From Uliginosibacterium gangwonense DSM 18521 (lineage in GTDB: Bacteria > Pseudomonadota > Gammaproteobacteria > Burkholderiales > Rhodocyclaceae), in the NCBI RefSeq assembly GCF_000373965.1, contig NZ_KB892864.1, positions 200,170-264,169 of the forward strand: a stretch of DNA of 64,000 bases. Reading direction: 5' to 3'. This document shows positions 60,337-64,000 of this stretch, in pieces. The notes below the pieces were generated by a model. It was not told the DNA's origin and ran no database searches. It worked only from the letters and a program-made list of their open reading frames with translations. The translations under genes and the position numbers were made by a program. The first letter of the stretch is position 1, and each line of letters opens with the position of its first letter.

Positions 60337-61158
60337 ATGGCCGGGCAAGCAAAGAAGCAATCCAAGTATTTCCGTATCGCCACCGAAGGGGCCACCACCG
60401 ATGGGCGCACGATTGAGCGCGCCTGGATCGAGCAGATGGCCAAGAACTACAACCCGCAAACGTATGGCGCCCGTGTGAATCTGGAACACATCAAGGGGGT
60501 GATGCCACTGCCCGGCTCCCCCTTTGGTGCCTATGGCGATGTGCTGGCCTTGAGTACGGAAGAAGCGGACGGCAAGTTGCGTCTGCTGGCGCAAATCTCC
60601 CCCACGGATGATCTGGTCACACTGAATAAGGCGCGCCAGAAGGTGTATACCTCCTGCGAGATCAACACGAACTTTGCCGAAACCGGGGAAGCCTATCTGG
60701 TGGGGCTGGCCGTGACCGACAACCCGGCAAGCCTGGGGACTGAAATGCTGCAATTCTCGGCTCAAGCAACAGTCAATCCGCTGGCCGTCCGTAAAACCCA
60801 CCCGCATAACCTCTTTAGCTCTGCCGCTGAAACCGTGATGGAGTTTGAAGACGTCACCACGATTCCCGGTCTGGTGGAGCGCATCAAGACAATGTTTGCC
60901 CGGCGCGAACAAGGGGATGACGCCCGCTTTGCCGATGTGCACGGCGCGGTGGAAACCATTGCCACCCAGGTGGTGGAAGTGGAAACCAGGCTTTCTCAAT
61001 GCGGGGCCGGGGTGGCCAAGGTCGAAGTGCTTGCCGCCGCCCATGAAAAGCTCGCTCAGGAGTTTGCCGCGCTCAAGGTGCAACTCTCAGGCCAGCAAGG
61101 CAGCCCTGAACGTCCGCACGCCACCGGTGGCACGGGTGCAATTCAGACCGATTGCTGA
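60337..61158 (+). CDS. P2-like capsid scaffolding protein (gpO)
   Basis: The start is at ATG 60337 (MAGQAKKQSKYFRIATEGATTDGRTIE). It is about 274 aa and occupies the gpO position between P and N. Confidence 0.8.
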   Translation: MAGQAKKQSKYFRIATEGATTDGRTIERAWIEQMAKNYNPQTYGARVNLEHIKGVMPLPGSPFGAYGDVLALSTEEADGKLRLLAQISPTDDLVTLNKARQKVYTSCEINTNFAETGEAYLVGLAVTDNPASLGTEMLQFSAQATVNPLAVRKTHPHNLFSSAAETVMEFEDVTTIPGLVERIKTMFARREQGDDARFADVHGAVETIATQVVEVETRLSQCGAGVAKVEVLAAAHEKLAQEFAALKVQLSGQQGSPERPHATGGTGAIQTDC

Positions 61159-61221
61159 AACCCCAAGCCGACACCGCCAACCCCGACAGACACCCAAAAA
61201 TGACAATGGAGAAACACCGCC

Positions 61222-62307
61222 ATGCGTAACGAAACCCGCAAAGTCTTTAATGCCTTCACCGCCCAGGTAGCCACCTTGAATGGTGTGCCCAATGCGGCTG
61301 AAAAATTTGCCGTCACGCCCACCGTGCAGCAGAAGCTGGAAACCAAAATGCAGGAGAGCAGCGCCTTCCTGCAAAAGATCAACATCATGGGGGTGACTGA
61401 ACAATCCGGCCAGATCCTGGGCCTGGGAGTGGGCGGGCCGATTGCTTCCCGGACGGACACCACGCAGAAGGAACGCAGCACGCGCGACATCACCACGATG
61501 GATGAACGCGGCTACCAATGCGTGCAGACCAACTATGACACGCACCTGACCTACGCCAAGCTCGATGCCTGGGCCAAGTTCCCGGATTTCCAGACCCGCA
61601 TCCGTGATCTGATCGTCACGCGTCAGGCACTGGACCGCATCATGATCGGCTGGAACGGCGTCCGTGCTGCGGTGGAAACCGATCTGACGAAAAACCCGCT
61701 CCTGCAGGACGTGAACAAGGGCTGGCTGCAGCTCATCCGTGAATACAGCAATGGCGCGCTCTTCATGACAGAGGCGAAGGCCGGTTCCGGTACAGTCAAA
61801 ATCGGCAACAGCGTAGACAAGTATGATGGCTACAAGAATCTGGATGCCCTGGTCATGCACTTGGTCAGCAACAACATCAAACCCTGGCACCGTGAAGACC
61901 CGGGGCTGGTGGTGATCATGGGGCGCGGCCTGCTGGAAGACAAATACTTCCCCCTGGTCAATCGGGATCAACGCGCCACCGATGTGCTCGCCACGGATGT
62001 GATCATGAGCCAGAAGCGTGTGGGCGGCCTGCAGGCGGTGACCGTGCCCTTCTTCCCTGAAAACACCTTGCTGGTCACACGCCTGGATAATCTGTCGATC
62101 TACTATCAGGAAGGTGGGCGTCGCCGTGCCGTGCTCGATGAGCCCAAGCGCGACCGCATCGCCAACTATGAGTCGAGCAATGATGCCTACGTGATCGAGA
62201 ATTACGAATGCATCGCCGCCGCTGAAAACATCCAGATCATCGAAGATCCGGCGTCACAGGGGAATGCTGCGACCGCCCCGGCCAGTACCGCTACAACGGG
62301 TGCCTGA
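61222..62307 (+). CDS. P2-like major capsid protein (gpN)
   Basis: 361 aa (MRNETRKVFNAFTAQVATLNG...), matching gpN in size and position. Confidence 0.85.
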   Translation: MRNETRKVFNAFTAQVATLNGVPNAAEKFAVTPTVQQKLETKMQESSAFLQKINIMGVTEQSGQILGLGVGGPIASRTDTTQKERSTRDITTMDERGYQCVQTNYDTHLTYAKLDAWAKFPDFQTRIRDLIVTRQALDRIMIGWNGVRAAVETDLTKNPLLQDVNKGWLQLIREYSNGALFMTEAKAGSGTVKIGNSVDKYDGYKNLDALVMHLVSNNIKPWHREDPGLVVIMGRGLLEDKYFPLVNRDQRATDVLATDVIMSQKRVGGLQAVTVPFFPENTLLVTRLDNLSIYYQEGGRRRAVLDEPKRDRIANYESSNDAYVIENYECIAAAENIQIIEDPASQGNAATAPASTATTGA

Positions 62308-62987
62308 TGATCAACCACGCCAAAGCCCATATGGAGCGCTGCTTGGCCGCCCTGGCGGCCAAGCAGGGCGTGGCCAACGCCCGCCACCACGCGACCGGTT
62401 ACGAGTTGATGTTGGCCAAGCTGGATGAAGACCGGCGGCGCCTGCATCAGATTCAATCCACCCAACGCAAAATCGCAGTCAAGCGCGAACTCTTGCCCGA
62501 GTATGCCGCGTGGGTGGAAGGGGTGCTCGCCGGAAAATCCGGGGTGCAAGATGATGTGTTCATGATGGTGATGCTCTGGCACATCGATGTGGCCGACTTC
62601 GCTTCTGCCCTGACGCTCGCCCGCTATGCGCTCACCTACAAGCTCGTGATGCCGGATCGCTTCAAGCGCACGGTGGCTTGCCTGATCGCCGAAGAAATGG
62701 CCGAGACCACCTTACGGGCTAACACAGTCGATCAGGCCAACTATGCCGAATGCTTGGCGGACTGCATGGCCTTGACCGCCCATGAAGACATGCCCGATGA
62801 GGTGCGCGCCACGCTGCACAAGGCAGCGGCCTATGCCATGCTGGCGCAGAAGCGAGTCACCCCGGATCGATTGCGGCAGTGTCTCGCGTGGCTACAGCGT
62901 GCCTTGCAACTCTATGAGCGCGTGGGCGTGAAAAAGGACATTGAGCGCATTGAACGCGAATTGAAGAACCTGGAAGGCTCAGGCTGA
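62307..62987 (+). CDS. P2-like terminase small (endonuclease) subunit (gpM)
   Basis: 226 aa. The start overlaps the gpN stop, and the position fits gpM. Confidence 0.7.
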   Translation: MINHAKAHMERCLAALAAKQGVANARHHATGYELMLAKLDEDRRRLHQIQSTQRKIAVKRELLPEYAAWVEGVLAGKSGVQDDVFMMVMLWHIDVADFASALTLARYALTYKLVMPDRFKRTVACLIAEEMAETTLRANTVDQANYAECLADCMALTAHEDMPDEVRATLHKAAAYAMLAQKRVTPDRLRQCLAWLQRALQLYERVGVKKDIERIERELKNLEGSG

Positions 62988-63151
62988 CCGCCTGAGTCTC
63001 CCACACCGGGCGCACCCCGCACCTGGGCGGCTCAGGGCGAAGGTGGAGACATGGCTTGCCATTGTCAAAATCTTCTGCCCTGACCACCGCCCCCCATAGA
63101 CACCCCACTCACACCCCACTGCCAGCACACAACAAGAAAGGCTGAACGGAT

Positions 63152-63670
63152 ATGACAACAGTAAATCCTCTTGGCATGAATACAAATCCCTTCGGCTCAA
63201 GCCCCGTCGTCAGTGTGGGCGCAGACCCTGCGGGGGTATCCGGTGGCGTCATTGATACCGGCCCCTTCTGGCCTGTCGTTGATCCACGCAAGGCACGTCT
63301 GGCCATGCGCCTGGATGGCACGGTACTGGAAGAACGCTTGCGGGCGGCTTTGGTGGAAGCGGCGATATCGGCCATTGAAACGCTTTCCGACTGGAAGTTT
63401 GCCTGCCTTGCTGAAGGCTTCACCGCGCTGGCCCAAGTGCCTGCCCCCCAGGTGGATGGCGAATCCATTCATGTGCATCGCTTCTTGCGCGCTGTGCATT
63501 GCATGGCCGCTGCCAACCTCGCGGAACGTTACCGGGGCTTTGATGCCACCGGGGCCGGTGCCCGGCATGCGGAACTGGTGGAGTCCCCGATTGAGGATCT
63601 GCGCCGCGATGCGGCCTGGGCGCTCGCAGATATCCAAGGCCGTGGGCGTACCACGGTGGAGTTAATTTGA
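63152..63670 (+). CDS. P2-like head completion/stabilisation protein (gpL)
   Basis: 172 aa, matching gpL in position and size. Confidence 0.7.
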   Translation: MTTVNPLGMNTNPFGSSPVVSVGADPAGVSGGVIDTGPFWPVVDPRKARLAMRLDGTVLEERLRAALVEAAISAIETLSDWKFACLAEGFTALAQVPAPQVDGESIHVHRFLRAVHCMAAANLAERYRGFDATGAGARHAELVESPIEDLRRDAAWALADIQGRGRTTVELI

Positions 63671-63692
63671 TGGATCAGATGAGTCTAAAAAC

Positions 63693-63917
63693 ATGATTGC
63701 CACGGCCCGCCAAGGCGAAACACTGGACGCTCTGTGCTGGCGCATGTATGGCGCCACGGCTGGTTATGTCGAACAGATTTTAGTGGATAACCCCGGCATG
63801 GCTGCCTTGGGGCCGTTTCTCCCTCACGGCACCCAGGTGGTGATGCCTGACCCGGCCACCTCTACAACGGGAAGCAATACGACCACGACGGCGGCAACGG
63901 TCAATCTTTGGGATTGA
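63693..63917 (+). CDS. P2-like tail protein X (gpX)
   Basis: 74 aa (MIATARQGETLDALCWRMYG...). It is a gpX-like small LysM-type protein downstream of gpL. Confidence 0.7.
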   Translation: MIATARQGETLDALCWRMYGATAGYVEQILVDNPGMAALGPFLPHGTQVVMPDPATSTTGSNTTTTAATVNLWD

Positions 63918-63922
63918 AAGAC

Positions 63923-64000
63923 TATGACAACATCAAACACCACTTTGGCGAGCTACGGCACCAGTGTATTTCTCACCCTCAAGGGGCTGTATCAATCTGC
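63923..64000 (+). CDS. start of next phage late gene (partial, runs off the window end)
   Basis: An ATG at 63923 follows a GGATTGAAAG RBS. Only 26 codons are visible (MTTSNTTLASYGTSVFLTLKGLYQS). Confidence 0.3.

Larger units (their letters stand above)
51625..64000. mobile_element. horizontally acquired region 3' of ssrA: low-GC cargo segment (51.6-57.3 kb) plus P2-like prophage head module (57.3->64 kb), continuing beyond the window
   Basis: tmRNA 3' ends are classic integration sites. GC drops sharply in the 51.6-56.2 kb segment. From 57.3 kb the gene order matches P2 Q-P(minus) | O-N-M-L-X(plus). No integrase or att repeat was seen within the window. Confidence 0.7.

Overview
This is a high-GC (~62%) betaproteobacterial chromosome segment; gene content suggests Chromobacteriaceae/Neisseriales-like. 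The first ~51.6 kb is core genome. Going from position 1: a 5'-truncated TamB/AsmA-like gene, trpC, relA, a PlsC-type acyltransferase, and a paralogous pair of low-complexity repeat proteins. Then GlpM-like and DUF457 membrane proteins, ispF-ispD, and the complete dcw cell-division/peptidoglycan cluster on the minus strand (ftsZ-ftsA-ftsQ-ddl-murC-murG-ftsW-murD-mraY-murF-murE-ftsI-ftsL-rsmH-mraZ, with MraZ-box repeats upstream). Next: RNase P RNA (rnpB), an HD-GYP c-di-GMP phosphodiesterase, pyrC, rsmI<->yraN, a HIRAN protein, an SDR, argC, a DiaA/GmhA-like SIS protein, and a YraP-like BON lipoprotein. These are followed by a two-component system, folE2, rfaE2, a flotillin-like protein, cysK, a MalY/PatB C-S lyase, a GntR regulator, a TRAP transporter (dctPQM), and tmRNA (ssrA). 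A ~148-bp MITE-like element with terminal inverted repeats occurs twice (29745-29892 and 41522-41667). Immediately 3' of ssrA begins a horizontally acquired region that runs past the window end. It starts with a low-GC cargo segment: an orphan ORF, a small HTH protein, a tightly coupled three-gene operon (MqsR-like, MqsA-like with a C-terminal extension, and a 616-aa ParA/MinD-like ATPase fused to a TPR-like domain), and a Dam methylase. A P2-like head module follows: portal Q and terminase P on the minus strand, then scaffold O, capsid N, small terminase M, head completion L and tail X on the plus strand. The three-gene operon sits where P2-like phages carry anti-phage/toxin cargo, and I could not match it to a described system. 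It is my main candidate for something new. Many long ORFs antisense to the real genes are GC-driven shadows and were rejected.
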